DNA of 63,758 bases, filler included, from Octopus bimaculoides (GCF_001194135.2; 7 parts of 7 records of this genome joined end to end with filler, not necessarily neighbours in it); one strand, 5' to 3'; positions 1-13,045 are shown, counted from the whole stretch's first letter. Notes: generated by a model not told the origin, from the sequence alone. Numbers and translations are program-made.

Positions 1-41
<41 letters not shown>

Positions 42-87
42 GTACATACACACACACACACACACACATATACATACTCATACAGCT

Positions 88-640
88 CAACAAGAACTGT
101 TTCCTCAAGGCGGTCAAGTTTTCTCAAGGACTACATATTGCCAGTAGTTCCTGCCCATTTCATCACCTCTATGAGGTTCATAGTCATGAAATTAGCTTTC
201 ACCATTTTGTCCCTTTTTCACAAGCTCTATGGGATCAGCTCATATTTATAGAGCTCTCCTTGTCCATATGCATCACATGTACATATAAGTGCAATCTTCT
301 TTCATGTACACTACAACTGATTCCACTTACACCAAGTTTTTCTCTAAGCACATTTGTTATGCTTCTGAGACATATTGACAACGCTCATCCAATGGAGCAT
401 GCTAGCCTCAATTCTTCTCACTCTTCTCAAAGTCCATGAACTTGAGTTTTAACACAAAGATCATACAGTCTGCTTTCACTCTGACAGAAAAGACCTCTGT
501 TGCCAGCAGTGATAGAAGCTCCCTGAATATTTTTCTAATTTGTTCTTACCCTGGCAGCTATACTTTCAGAGCAACCATCTACTCTACTAATTACATCTCA
601 GTAACACAATTTATTTACCACTTCTAGTAAATAATCTGGG
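88..640 (-). mobile_element. RTE-clade LINE, degenerate 3' (post-RT) fragment
   Basis: Minus-strand translation gives LEVVNKLCY..GCSESIAARVRT..LREKLGV..HVMHMD with stops and frameshifts, matching the RTE ORF C-terminus. Confidence 0.8.
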
Positions 641-959
641 CATTTAAGAGAATCTATGTCTGGTGTGTTCATAAAATGTACTGCTCTTGTGCATCTATCA
701 AATATGAAGCTTGCATTCTCTGATTCCGCTACATGTCTTAATGTGCCCATAGCTTACATATGTAACAAACAGGAGAAAAAGTACTCACTAACATAGCAGT
801 GTGTAGTAATTCATTATTAATCCAGAAGCAAGTTACTCTAGATTTTCTTGATGTGTAGTAAGTTTCTCAGACAGGAAAAGAAAATTTTTTTCTTTGCTTT
901 AGGAACAAAACACATGCCAGGAAAATTTCCAAGTTCAAGCAACTTGAGCAGCCAAAATA

Positions 960-1080
960 TGTGTTTGTCTGTGTGTATTATGTATGTATGTATGTGTATG
1001 TACACACACACAAATGCACATGCATGCACACACACAACGCACACATGCATACCCACACACACACACACACACACACATAC

Positions 1081-1111
<31 letters not shown>

Positions 1112-1125
1112 TGTATGTATGTATA
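960..1125. repeat. Compound (TATG)n/(CA)n microsatellite
   Basis: Directly visible; one of dozens of TA, CA, TATG, GA, GATA and ATT tracts in the window. Confidence 0.95.
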
Positions 1126-1470
1126 ATTTCAGGTGTTGTAAATTGTGAATGTACAGCTGGTGATAAGTACAACAAAGAGTTTTAAGGAATTTTGATATTG
1201 GGTTGGATTCTGTCAACATGAGGTAAAAGGTTGGACAGAGTCAGAAGCTGATTGGCTGATGAAAAAGGATGGCTAGTGGGAGGAGTTACAGGGTGCTGTA
1301 ATTAATGTAGCAACTACATCAAGGATTACATTAACAATTACTTATATATAAGATTTTGTTAGAAGCAAATAATGGCATTGCTTAGTAATTGCAGGGTTGT
1401 GTTTGATAACGAGTAAAGACTCAGTGATGAATCAGTGACACATGCAAACTCTCAATCACACAGGCAGCCA

Positions 1471-1525
<55 letters not shown>

Positions 1526-1698
1526 CGCATACAAACTCCCATATATATTGACAAACAGTTATACATGCAGTTACTTGCACATAAGCTCTAACATCACCAA
1601 GGGCGTGTATCTTATTTTCCTAAATATATGTTTGTGCCTTTTATTAAATTGATGTAATGTGTGTGTGTGTGTGTGTGTGTATTATGTATGCATGAATA

Positions 1699-1756
<58 letters not shown>

Positions 1757-2078
1757 TGCGCACATATGGGTGTATAAACATGTGTGTGTGTATATATGAA
1801 TGTATATTCATATATACTTATACTTATATTTAGAAGGTTGTTTGTTATAGCTGGTGTGCATGTACAATATATATATGTGTGTGTATGTATATGTATGTAC
1901 ACACATACACACATATATAGAATATACATACATTCACATATATAGAATATACATACATTCACATATATATAAATATATGTATTTCAATATGTATATCCAA
2001 TATTCAATTTTGAAACTTCTTTCATCTTATATGTTTACAAGAGCTAGATAGGCATCTCCAACTAGCAAGCCATGCTAC

Positions 2079-2121
2079 TCCGGACTGAAGATGAGCAATG
2101 ACTCAAAAACTAGTCTCTGGA
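2079..2121 (+). ncRNA. Degenerate minimal type-I hammerhead ribozyme motif
   Basis: TCCGGA-CTGAAGA-TGAG(CAATGA)CTCA-AAAAC-TA-GTC-TCTGGA. Stem I 2079-2084/2116-2121, CUGAnGA core, stem II, palindromic ACTAGT stem III and GUC cleavage triplet are present; G12 of GAAA is replaced by A. Confidence 0.6.
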
Positions 2122-4319
2122 TGCAGGCTTAGCTGGGTGGAAGGTGCTTATCTCCCCCCTTGTAAACATAAGGACACAGGAAATGTGTCAAGGCTGACAG
2201 GAAGCGGTGCTGCTTCCTAGGGCTAAATAGCAGTAGTATTATTCCCTTCATGGGACTGTCACATTAAGTTGACAGCATACAACTACTTTCATCTTAGTTA
2301 TCTTTATATTTCTATATATTATCTCTATAACCATGAAATATCTTCATACTTAGCAAGCCATCTGCTAAGAGGCTTTGTAAAAATTTGTTTTATTTACAAA
2401 GAATGTGTGTGTGTATGTACATTTGAGTTATCAAAATGATAACTCAAATGTACATACACACACACATTCTTATATACATACATGAATGCATACTTTTCAT
2501 AGGCCGATAGATACAAATATACAGACATTATGTATCTGTATTTGTGAATGTGAGTTTATGTGTATGCATGTAGGGATAGACTGTAACTTCAGATTTCATC
2601 TCTTGAGGTCTATTCAAATAGACTATCTGAATAAAACTCAAGATGCTAGACTTGATATCATCAACAATATATAATAAATTTGACTTTACTCTTAAATTGT
2701 GTTGCCAAATAAAGGCAAACAGATTCCTTGCAACATATTGATTTAGTTAGAGAATACCACCTGCTTCTGAAATGAATATATCTTTGCCCATTCTTCAATG
2801 CTTTTTTTGTCTTTTCCAAATGATTCTTTCATTCCATTTTTTACTGTTTGTAACTCAGTTGAACTTCTCTAGCAGATTTGAGTTAATTGGGTGAACCTGA
2901 TGTCTAGATTTGTTCTATCTGACTTATAAAGAATGGATGTTGCTAAGGTGCTAAGTTTTCTAAACTTATTTCTCTTTCCTGTTAGTCTCGATTGCAAAGC
3001 CTCTGTCCCTTTAGTCTAGAATCTCAGCTGCTTGGGAGAATCTGGCCCGTATCTACCACCAAGTAGAATTCACTTAATTTTTGTTAAAGTTCAAACACAT
3101 ATGGACTTTTGGACCAATTATTCTTAATTCAGTTTCCATTCTCTTCTTTTGCTGATGTGCTTTTAATAGCATCGATTCAAACTTGGTTACAATTCTTTTT
3201 AGGCATGTCATATTATAGAAGTTTCTGAATGGTTCCTGTAATATCTAGTTTGGAAAAAGTGAAACTTTAAGACAACAAACATTGTCAAGTGGGTTTAGAA
3301 ATGCACAGGAGACAGTCCTATCATTTATTTTATTTTTGCTATTTTTATACTTTTGTTATTCAGTTTAGATGCCAACAAAAATGCAAACATCTATACACAC
3401 ACACACATGCATATACATACACATAGATATATATATAGATAAGTGTGTGTGTGTGCATAAATATATATGATGTCTGTATAAATGAATGTAACCATGTAGC
3501 CTTAGTTGAAGAATTTTGATAAAAAGAAAACTATGTAAATTTATATTTATTAAATCTATCAGTTACAATTATTTTGTTGTTGTTATTATTATTGTTGTTG
3601 CTACTGCTGTTGTTGTTGTTGTTTTATGCTCATAGATTTGCTCTTTCATGATATACAGTTACTTTGAATCACTGTAAATGATGGTGATGGAGTAGTGGCC
3701 AAAAATGTTCTTAATTTGTTTAAATTTATTATAGTAAAAGTATTATTATTATTATTATTATGATTTTTCTACTTCCTTCAATTGTGTTTCCATTTCTAGC
3801 TGTGTGTCTTCCTGACACCTATTGCAAAGAAACTGTATACATTGGTAGGCCATTAAAATAAACACACCAGATTGTTCATTTACAAAATCACATAAAGTTA
3901 TGTAGAAAAAAAATCATTTTCATGGAAGGCTACTTTTCTCACAGCAACAATCACTATGTGTGACATACCAGTTAAAGCAATCTTTTGCACTTCTTGAAGG
4001 GATGGTAAGCCAAGGACCATTCTCAAATGATTTTCAGGTTTTTTTTTATCATTCCTGTGCTCCTACATTCACTGGTATTGCAATCACCTTGAAATGCCAC
4101 ATTTTTTCGACGAGCTTGTCAAATTCAGAACAGATACTAATGTCTATCAATAAACAGACCTTATTATTTTGCTCTTTTACAATATCAAGTTTATTAGCTT
4201 CAATGGTTCTCTCTGAATGTACTGGAAAGTCCCAAAGAATTGTTACATTCTATCCCCCAGTTACAGCCTCAAGGTGATTCGTATTATCATTATTATTGTT
4301 GTTGTTGTTGTTGTTGTTG

Positions 4320-6320
4320 CGGGCACGATAAGACGTGTTTTTTTCTGAGCTCCGTGTGTTGTAGTTTGTGTAGAAATTGTTGAAGATTGTTGCTCATTTG
4401 CTTCTTTTGTTAATTGTGTAGGACTCCTCTTGTTACCTAGAAGGGGTTCTTTTGTTAAAAGGTCCCCTTTTTAGGGGTGAATTTTGGACCTTTTGTCCTT
4501 TAAAAAATAATTTTTGATTTTCGTCTAATGAAAAACAAGATGGCATTGTTTATCAAGGGGAGTGGTAGTGGCTGTTCGGACAGTCAATACCTCAAGGAAT
4601 TTTCCCCTCTGAACAGCACAAATAACAGTACCAACACCACTAACGTTACCAGCACCACCATTAACACAGAACAAGAAAAAAAATCTGCCATGAGCACAAA
4701 CAACATGAACATAAAAGAAAAGTCAAACAAAAAGAACAATGACAAACCAAGCGGCAACGGTTTCGCCTCTGCAACAAGACAAATGAAAGGAAAACGGAAT
4801 TTTACTTTAGACAAGATAAAAGTTGCAAAGGAACTGTTAAGGAAAGATGGGAACAATGTCCTCCTTAACACTCCACAGAATTTAATAAGAGAGACAAACA
4901 AAAAAAGAGTAACTTATAAAGTTTTGAACATAAAAAAGAAAAGAGTTGAACAGGCCATTCAACAACAGCTAATTCTAAAGCCTATATGGAAACAAAAGAC
5001 CTATGTGGTGTGAGGAAGATGCTTCGGCACTGTGGAAGTGTGTTTTGCAGTAGAGGAAGAAGCAAAACAGCATTCCACAATGCCACTAAAGACTGAAGAA
5101 TTCCTGCTCATGCTGACATATCTAGGTTGGCATGTTACAAGAATGAAAATTGGTGAGGTGCCCCCAGAATTAAATATATGTTGGCTTGTGGCAGCTGTAC
5201 TCTTTGATATAGAGGATACTGCCACAATACTGGAGGTGTATAAATTGCACCAACAAAATTGGATGGGTCAGGGATTGGAGTTCCTTGTTCAAATTGAACG
5301 AGTGGCCCTAAATTCTATCCCTGACTCTATAAACTTACTTGATGGCATGAGACTACACATGGCTGTGGAGAGCAGGAGGCTGAGGTGCTATGTTTATGGA
5401 AGCAATCAGCACCTCAAGGTCAACTGCCTCAAATACAAGATGCATTAGACCCCCACAACCAACACTAGAAAAGTGGGCACCTCCAGTACAGTAGCAACAA
5501 CAACAGCAGCAACAGAGACCAACAACAAAGACACTACCAGAGTACCATCCCCACCACCACCAGAGTACCACCACCACCACCAGCCTGAGTATCACTACCA
5601 CCAGTAGCAGTAACATCACTACCAACAGCTAATACAGCAGTAGCAGCAGCAGCAGATGAACCTGAACAAAACCTAGTCCCAGAGAAAACCCCCACTTCCC
5701 AACCCAAACAACTCGGACTGTTCGAGTACTGAGGTTGAGAGGGGGGAGTGGCAAACAGTTCCCCACCAAAAAAGAAAGAGAAAGACAACAGAAGAAAAAA
5801 AGGGGGTGGCACAAACAGGAGGAACTTCCCAACAGCAGCAATATGCACACACAACAACAAAACCACCTCAAAATGCAACACAATGCACAACACAAACAGA
5901 CTGCACAAATACCACCAACCTCACAGCCATTAACACAGACAATATAGAGTTTGTCACACATATCAGAAAAAACACAAACACCACAATGGAAGACATTGTC
6001 TTCCCAACACACAATGCACCATCACCACACATACAAATTTTAAAATGACACAACAAAATTACATCATAAAAACAAATTTCCTGGAAGCTGTTGGGCCTTT
6101 CCAAAAGACCTTCTCAAAAAGACTATACAAAAACCTCATGGAAACGCCCACACCAAAGACAAGGGGGCAAGCCCTGCCAGACAACAGTAGTAAGTAGAGC
6201 TCTTCTCTGTCTTAAATTTATTTTAATATGGTGATGCTCAGAATAGGTTGCATAAATGTCAGGGGCCTCAGGTCGCCTTGGAAACATGTATCATTGGAAA
6301 CAAGTAAAATTACATAGATA
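4320..6320 (+). mobile_element. L1/Tx1-type LINE: 5' UTR, ORF1 and start of ORF2, 3'-truncated
   Basis: ORFs 4528-5013 and 5032-5448 are in one frame separated by a single TGA and end in a degenerate CCHC knuckle (RCYVYGSNQHLKVNC). ATG at 6228 gives MVMLRIGCINVRGLRS, an APE-endonuclease N-terminus. Confidence 0.7.
4528..5448 (+). pseudogene. LINE ORF1 (gag-like, zinc knuckle) with in-frame stops
   Basis: Same frame across TGA 5011-5013; TAG at 5446-5448; followed by a T/Q/P/H-rich low-complexity tail to about 6190. Confidence 0.65.
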
Positions 6321-6344
6321 TAAACTTATCCTTATAATTGTTGT

Positions 6345-6452
6345 GAGGATGTCATTATTATTGGTTCTTTATATTCTGAGTTCAAATTCCACCAACGTCA
6401 AATTTGCTTTCCATTGTTCTGAAGTGCATAAAATAAAGTACCAGTCAATTTA
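6345..6452 (+). mobile_element. SINE family A fragment
   Basis: TTCTGAGTTCAAATTCCACC..AAATAAAGTACCAGT core shared with other family-A copies. Confidence 0.7.
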
Positions 6453-7516
6453 ATTAGGTAACCTTTGTACAGTATTCTGGTCTTATGCCCATTTTAAAAT
6501 ATTTTAAAGGTCTGCCTTGATAGCTAGAAAATGTTCAATGTATGCCCTGTACAACATATGACAGATCACATGAATAATGACCCTTCTTCACTGTGCTCTT
6601 TTAGCAGTTACAGCCTAACTTTACTTAAGTTAAACTATCCCCATAATTTTTGTTTGGTTTGCTTGCTAACCAACCCTACATAGTACAAAGGGCACAATGT
6701 CAACACTCCCCAAATCTACTATCATGGAGCCAGCTTCATTCTTGGCCATACATATTAGCCCTGGCAGACTGTAATAGTCTCAGGAGTGTCCTAACCTACT
6801 GGGAGTTAAACACCCTATCCTACCTACACCACAATAATGTTTGAACCATGACGAGTCTAGAAATTCAGACACTTCAAATAAACCTACCTTAACTACCAGT
6901 CTATTTTAAGCTCCACCCTTTCTCCTATTACACTGCAAACTTTCTACATAATATTTTTAGAGAGACATATTCCTACAATCATGGTGAAGGCAACTGACCT
7001 GGATGTTGGGCTTCTAGCAACCCATATAGGAAAACTCTCAATAAAAATCTGCACAAAAGAGATACAAATTATGCAAGCTATAGTGAAGGCAGAAACTTAT
7101 AGTGTAGAGTGGATACAACAGTCTTGCAGACAAAATTTCTCTAGTATGGGTGGTATGATAAAATGTACTCAGTCCATACTATAAAGTGGTTTGTGACATT
7201 CAAAGCAGTGAAAATCCATAACTGTGTATACAAGGCAAATACTTACTATGATAGGGCTACACATAGTACTGGGGCAGTCAAGTAGGAACACTTGGTAATA
7301 TGTAAGAATCCCTTAGATTGTCATCAAATGAACATTTAAACTCTTCCTTTCAGATGCAGAAAATAGGCATCAAATAACCAAAAATAGAATCAGAAACACC
7401 CTGCTTCCTGTCAGGTACAAAATTACAGAGATATATCAGGAACATTGGCAAGGTGATAGATAGGACTAAAGAGATTGTAGTGCTGCTAGACATGTGAGAT
7501 GTTTACTGTACACATG

Positions 7517-7898
7517 TCATCGCCATTTTGTTGATGCCTGGCAACTGTTGCAGTTGTACCAACACATTGTTGGGAAAGTTGTTCACAAAAGCCAGTAGTG
7601 CTACTGTCTCAAGTCCCTCACTCCCTCACCAGTAAGATCAACTAGACTCTGTACCTCTGCAGCATATTCATCGACCTGTTCCCCTCTCCATATGATCATT
7701 CCCAGCTTAGCAAAAGCGGCATACTCTCCATCTGTGTAAGCCTCTCTCAAATGCTGCTTGATCTTCGCTGTACTCAGCTGTTCTTCATTCATTTCGAGGT
7801 ACAGTGCCAGTGCACTCCCCTCCAAATACAGGGCCATGAGGCTCGCTACATCTTCTATGCCTTGTAGCCTGGCCACAACTTTGACCTTTCAAATCCTG
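7517..7898 (-). repeat. Inverted 382-bp copy of Gypsy gag (donor 8359-8740)
   Basis: Manual comparison: 381/382 identical (C7684 vs A8573); flanked by direct repeats CTGCTAGACATGT[GAGATGT]TTACTGTACACA at 7483-7514 and 7896-7920. Confidence 0.95.
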
Positions 7899-7965
7899 CT
7901 AGACATGTTTACTGTACACAAGACCTAATATAGAAGGGATCTTCAGTCAGACTCCTCATTGATAA

Positions 7966-10900
7966 TGTGGGGATGAGCTGGAAGAAGAGGGCCATGACAT
8001 CAATGGTCAAGAGACTCATCAGAAGAGGAAGCATGAGAAGGGAAGTGAGGGTGGGACAGGATAGGGTCGTCTTCTTTTGGCATCTCAAACAGACGTGAGG
8101 GAATTCACTCTTGGGTTGGTGAGACTGCAGCTGCTTATACTTGGTGACAGGGTAGGGCAGGATCACCGAATAGACTACTACTAGATGGGCGCAGATGAGA
8201 GAGGAAGGTAGGTGAACCTCTTTTCATTTCCCATGCATGACAAGCTATTTCAACAATTGTATACAGACGTCATTGTCCCCTTGATATATGATGGCAGCAA
8301 ATAAGAGGATCGGCAGTGATGTTATCAGACCTTTCTATGACAAAAGTGATGTAGTAGCCAGGATTTGAAAGGTCAAAGTTGTGGCCAGGCTACAAGGCAT
8401 AGAAGATGTAGCGAGCCTCATGGCCCTGTATTTGGAGGGGAGTGCACTGGCACTGTACCTCGAAATGAATGAAGAACAGCTGAGTACAGCGAAGATCAAG
8501 CAGCATTTGAGAGAGGCTTACACAGATGGAGAGTATGCCGCTTTTGCTAAGCTGGGAATGATCATATGGAGAAGGGAACAGGTCGATGAATATGCTGCAG
8601 AGGTACAGAGTCTAGTTGATCTTACTGGTGAGGGAGTGAGGGACTTGAGACAGTAGCACTACTGGCTTTTGTGAACAACTTTCCCAACAATGTGTTGGTA
8701 CAACTGCAACAGTTGCCAGGCATCAACAAAATGGCGATGAGCAAGCTCATCTTTCAAGCCCACATGTTGACACAAAACACTGGGCAGAAGGCAGTGGTGA
8801 TGGCGGCTGCAGAAGCCCGCGAATCTGCGCGATGGTTGGTGAAGGATGAAAAGAGACCTGCTCTGGAATGACAGCAGCCGTTCACAGGCCTGTGTTTTAA
8901 GCACCAAGGACTGCACATGGCAAGGGACTGTGCAGAGCCTGGACTGGTTTGCAACCGGTGCAAACAGGCTGAGCATATTGCCTGAAATTGTAGCCAAGGA
9001 AAAGGTCACAGGGAAGTTGTTGCCTCTCAAACTTCCCCCACGAACGAGTAGAGGCATTGGTGAAGTCACTGCCCGTAGTTGAGGTCGTGGTCAGGGAAAC
9101 ACGTTCAAGGCCCTCATGGACACGGGATGCATGATGACTCTCATGACCCCAAGCGTGATGAAGAAATGGAATAGGACAAGAAGCGTTCAGGCAGTCAATG
9201 GCAGTAAAATCGAATGCAAGGGTAGCAGCAATGTGGACATAGCAGTGCGAGGCACAACGCTAAGGCTTCAGGCGATCGTGATCGACCACGTGGTGGATGA
9301 GATCAACATGGTAATGGGGATGGACGCAATCGACCGCCTTGGAGATGTCAATGTTAGAGGAGACGTGGTTTCATTTGGTGCTGTGGAGGCATCATGCGCT
9401 GTGAGTCACAAATGTGAGAAGGAGTAGAGCCCCATGAGGAGCTGCACTGCCTACGCCATTGAAGACACAGATTTTCAGGCGGCATTCAATGGTCAGCAAT
9501 GGACGATGGAGTGGCGCTGGAAAGAAGGACCCCCCCAATGCTGAAGAACAAGGTGAGCTGCTACCAGCATACCCTGAAAGGGCATGCCAGGGCTGAGTTT
9601 GAAGAAGAGGTAGAGAAGTGGATTAAGGAAGGTATCCTTATCTTGTGGAAAGAGGAAGTGATGAGCAGAGTGCTACCTCTAATGGCAGTCGTGCAGCCAA
9701 CAAAGGGCAAAGTTAGACCGGTACTGGACTTTCGGAAGATCAGCGGCCATACATCGTGCCACACAGGGGGCGAGGCAACCGACATCTGTGATGAGATGCT
9801 ATGCATATGGAAGCAGTCGACTAAGGCAGCGATGACCATCAACTTGAAGTTGGCATATTTGCAGTTCCATGTGAGCAACAAACTGTGTTAGTACCAACTG
9901 ATGCGATATAAGGGCTGGACATATTGTCTGACAAGGCTGGGTTTTGGGCTGAATTCTGTGCTGAAGATCATGGGGACAGTGCTCAAATCCATCCTGGAAA
10001 AGGTGGATAGGATAAGAAGGGCCACCAGTACCTACAAAGATGACACCTTGTATCTCTTGATGGTCAATTGTAGGCCGGGCCAGATGGCCATATGGAGGGA
10101 ATTGAGGACAGGCATTGCAGACGAGATGGCACAAATTCTAAATGAGGTATTCTTAGAGTGGGGCCCTGTGAACGAATTGCTGATGGACAACAGCACAGTA
10201 TTTCATTTGGAGACGTTGAAAGAGATGCTTGACAGGTGGAAAGTGCACCACTTTTTCAGAGTGGTATACAGGCCAAGTGGAAACAGGATCATGGAGAGAC
10301 ATCATTGAACGATCAAGGCCATGGTGGAGAGGGGACATGTCTCATCGCTAGAAGTGGTGTTCTGGTACAACATGTCACTCTGATCAGGACAGGCTAAAGA
10401 GTCCGTGCCACATAGAACAATATTCAAATATAAATGGTGGCATCTGAATAAACCATCGAGATACCCTGAAGAAGAGGGAGGACCTGACTTCATGGAGGTG
10501 GGAGATGAAGTCTGGGTCAAGCCATCAAAGGCACGCTGCACAACTCAGTGGAACAGAGGAATACTGACAGCTGTCAATTCCAAAAACAACATCTCTGTGG
10601 ATGGAGTGCCATGTCATGTCACTTCTTCGGATGACAATTGTGGAGATGAGGAAGAGATTGAGGTTCCCAGTTTAAGAAGATCACAACGTGCAAGGCACCC
10701 ACCCAAGTGGGTGGTAGATTTCAACATGGAGTGAAGTGAGAATGTAGTCTTTGAGATCGCTGGGGGGGGGGAGGCATGTGGAGATGAGCTGGAAGAAGAG
10801 GGCCATGATGTCAATGGTGAAGGGACTGACTGGAAGAAGAAGCATGAGAAGGGAAGTGCAGGTGGGACAGAACAGGGCTATCCTCTTTTGGCCAACCAAG

Positions 10901-11063
10901 GCATCGCAAATCGATGTGAGGGAATTCACTCTTGGGTTGGTGAGATGGCAGCTGCTTATACTGGGTGACAGGGTCGGGCAGGATTGCCGGAGTGACTACT
11001 AATAGATGGGTGCAGACGAAAGAGGAGGGTAAGAGAACCTCTTTTCATTTCCCATGCATGACA
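7966..11063 (+). mobile_element. Gypsy/Ty3 LTR retrotransposon, both LTRs present, internally deleted and decayed
   Basis: LTRs 7966-8242 and 10777-11063 (TG..CA), TSD GATAA at 7961-7965 and 11064-11068, G-rich PPT at about 10762-10774. Order: gag with degenerate CCHC (CFKHQGLHMARDC), protease LMDTG (~9118), RT (VRPVLDFR, YKDD ~10032), integrase (LLMDNSTVF, YRPSGNRIMERHH). RNase H is largely missing. Confidence 0.93.
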
Positions 11064-12909
11064 GATAAGAAACACAGGTTCACATTCTTTGGGTTGATAG
11101 CAGTGGTGGAGTTGGTGGAATAGACATATTGTTGGCAGAGAAATAAACAAATAAAATAAGTTAAGTGGTCAGAATATGTGATAGAGTAATTAAGTTTAGG
11201 TTAGTCATATGTAATGTATGACAGCAACAGGGATATCTACATAAACACCACAATAAGGAATGGCAAATGGGCAAAAGAATTCTATTGCAGACAACAGTGA
11301 TGTTGCTATCATGGTTAGTGCTTTTAATGGACATGTTAGGCAATATCATGATGGTTATTATGATGCATACAGCGTCTATGAAAAGTGATCAAATCTCTTG
11401 GAATTCTGTGGTGGTAATAACATAACTGGTAACCAGCAACCTGATCACCTACTATTCAGGCAAACATACAAGCCTGGCAGACTGTATCCTAGTGAGTGAA
11501 TCAGGATTTAGGATAGATAAATGGTTGCAAATATTATATCTTTCTCTAGTGAAGAATGTATCACTGAACATCAATAAATGACCAGTGACATCAAAGAGCC
11601 AGAAGAATACAGGACAATCTGAAAATGAAAAATCTCTCAACCATGCACATATTAAATACAAAGTGAAGCATATGTTGATAAGGAGAAGATAGAAATTTAT
11701 AACATAAAAGACAGCTAGAAGTTCCTAAGAGATAACTTTCTAGAAGCCACGGAGCAGATTTGTAGATGGAACTAAGTTTTAGCAAAGCAGGAAGTTACAT
11801 GGGCCTGGAATGGTACAGCAGATAGAACCACACAAACTAAGAGACAGTCCTGGAAAACTTAGGATAAAGAAAGGAGTAATGAATTATATTAGGTAGCTAG
11901 AAGAGAAGCTAGATGTCTGGAATGCTTAACAAGAGGAGAAGCTGAATGTAAGAGGTTTGTCAATGTTCTGTGAGCAGAGGATCAGCATTGAGCGGAGTTT
12001 CAGATTGCAAAGCAGTTACTATGAATTAGAATACCATAGGTAAAAAGTGTGTGCAAACTGATAGCATCACACTTGTTCTCTCTGACACTAAAAAGAAATA
12101 GGCATGAAAACACTTGTATGAGAGATTACTAAAAGAAAAAGAAATTCAAAAGAGTGAAAGAGGCACTAACCCAAGTAAATCAAGAAGTGGGACCGACTAT
12201 TGAAATCAATAGCTATACAATAAAAATGGCATGGAAAACAGCCAGTGTATCAACAACAGTTGCTGAGATGCTGAAAATATTTGTCCATGTAGGACATACA
12301 TTAGACATTTAAATAATCCATCAGGTTGCACAGGAAGGGATCATCCCCAATGACTGGCATAGCAGTATTATCATTCACTGCTATAACAGCCAAAAAGATG
12401 CCCTAAGAAGGAACAAATACAAGAGGAGTCAAACTAATGGACAAAGTTATGATAGTAACAGAAAGATTGATAGTACAACTTGCTAGAGAGGAAAGTAGCT
12501 CCGGTGAGATGCTGTTTGTGTTTGTGCCAGGACAGACGACCAATGATACACTCTTACTTGTGAGATTTTACTATAATGCTAAATAATATGAATGCTGCCT
12601 ATATAACCAGTAGCAGCTATAGTTGTGAGGGTGTCAAAAACCGGTATGTATCAGAATCATACTAGAAGCATTATTTTCTTCTCGTTATCACTCCCTGATT
12701 TCACACAAACATAGGAGTTGATAGAATGTCAGACTATGAGCTGAAGAACCAGAAGTTTATTTTCTTGTCTTTGGTACAAGATATGGTACTGTGTCCATGG
12801 CATTTTTGATTTTCAATGACCCAGTCCATTAAGCTGTAAATAAGTACCACAAGAGAGCAAAATAAATTCCCTCAAGCACATTTCCATCATCATCATAAAC
12901 TTTACCAGT

Positions 12910-13045
12910 TTCACATTCCCAATTATACATTGTCAATGATACATTCCTGATTACACACTGTCAATAATTGCCAATTATTCATTGCCAATTGCACACTGCC
13001 TATTACACACTGCCATTTACACATTGCCAGTTATGCATTGCTATA
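12910..13045. repeat. Degenerate ~14-bp minisatellite (ATTACACAYTGCCA-like)
   Basis: About 8 imperfect units visible. Confidence 0.6.

Larger units (their letters stand above)
7430..12565 (+). mobile_element. RTE-clade LINE (endonuclease to RT start), split by the Gypsy insertion
   Basis: NIGKVIDRTKEIV..DVYCTQ before the insert; KGSSVRLLI|DKKHRFTFF reads through the excised Gypsy site; GIDILLAEK, FNGHV and degenerate RT domain 0-2 follow at 11069-12565. Confidence 0.8.

Noticed and set aside
1133-1222. Plus-strand exon-like segment (TTTCAG..GAG|GTAAAA; GVVNCECTAGDKYNKEF*)
   Set aside because: Stops in all frames, weak pyrimidine tract made of a TATG repeat, and no recognisable protein.
2700-3330. 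Coding-like composition on the minus strand (LKRIVTKFESMLLKAH..; SFGKDKKSIEEWAK)
   Set aside because: Fragmented by stops with no motif I can assign; probably an old transposon.
7354-7414. Apparent 61-nt plus-strand exon (DAENRHQITKNRIRNTLLPV)
   Set aside because: Lies immediately upstream of the RTE endonuclease frame and is better explained as LINE sequence.
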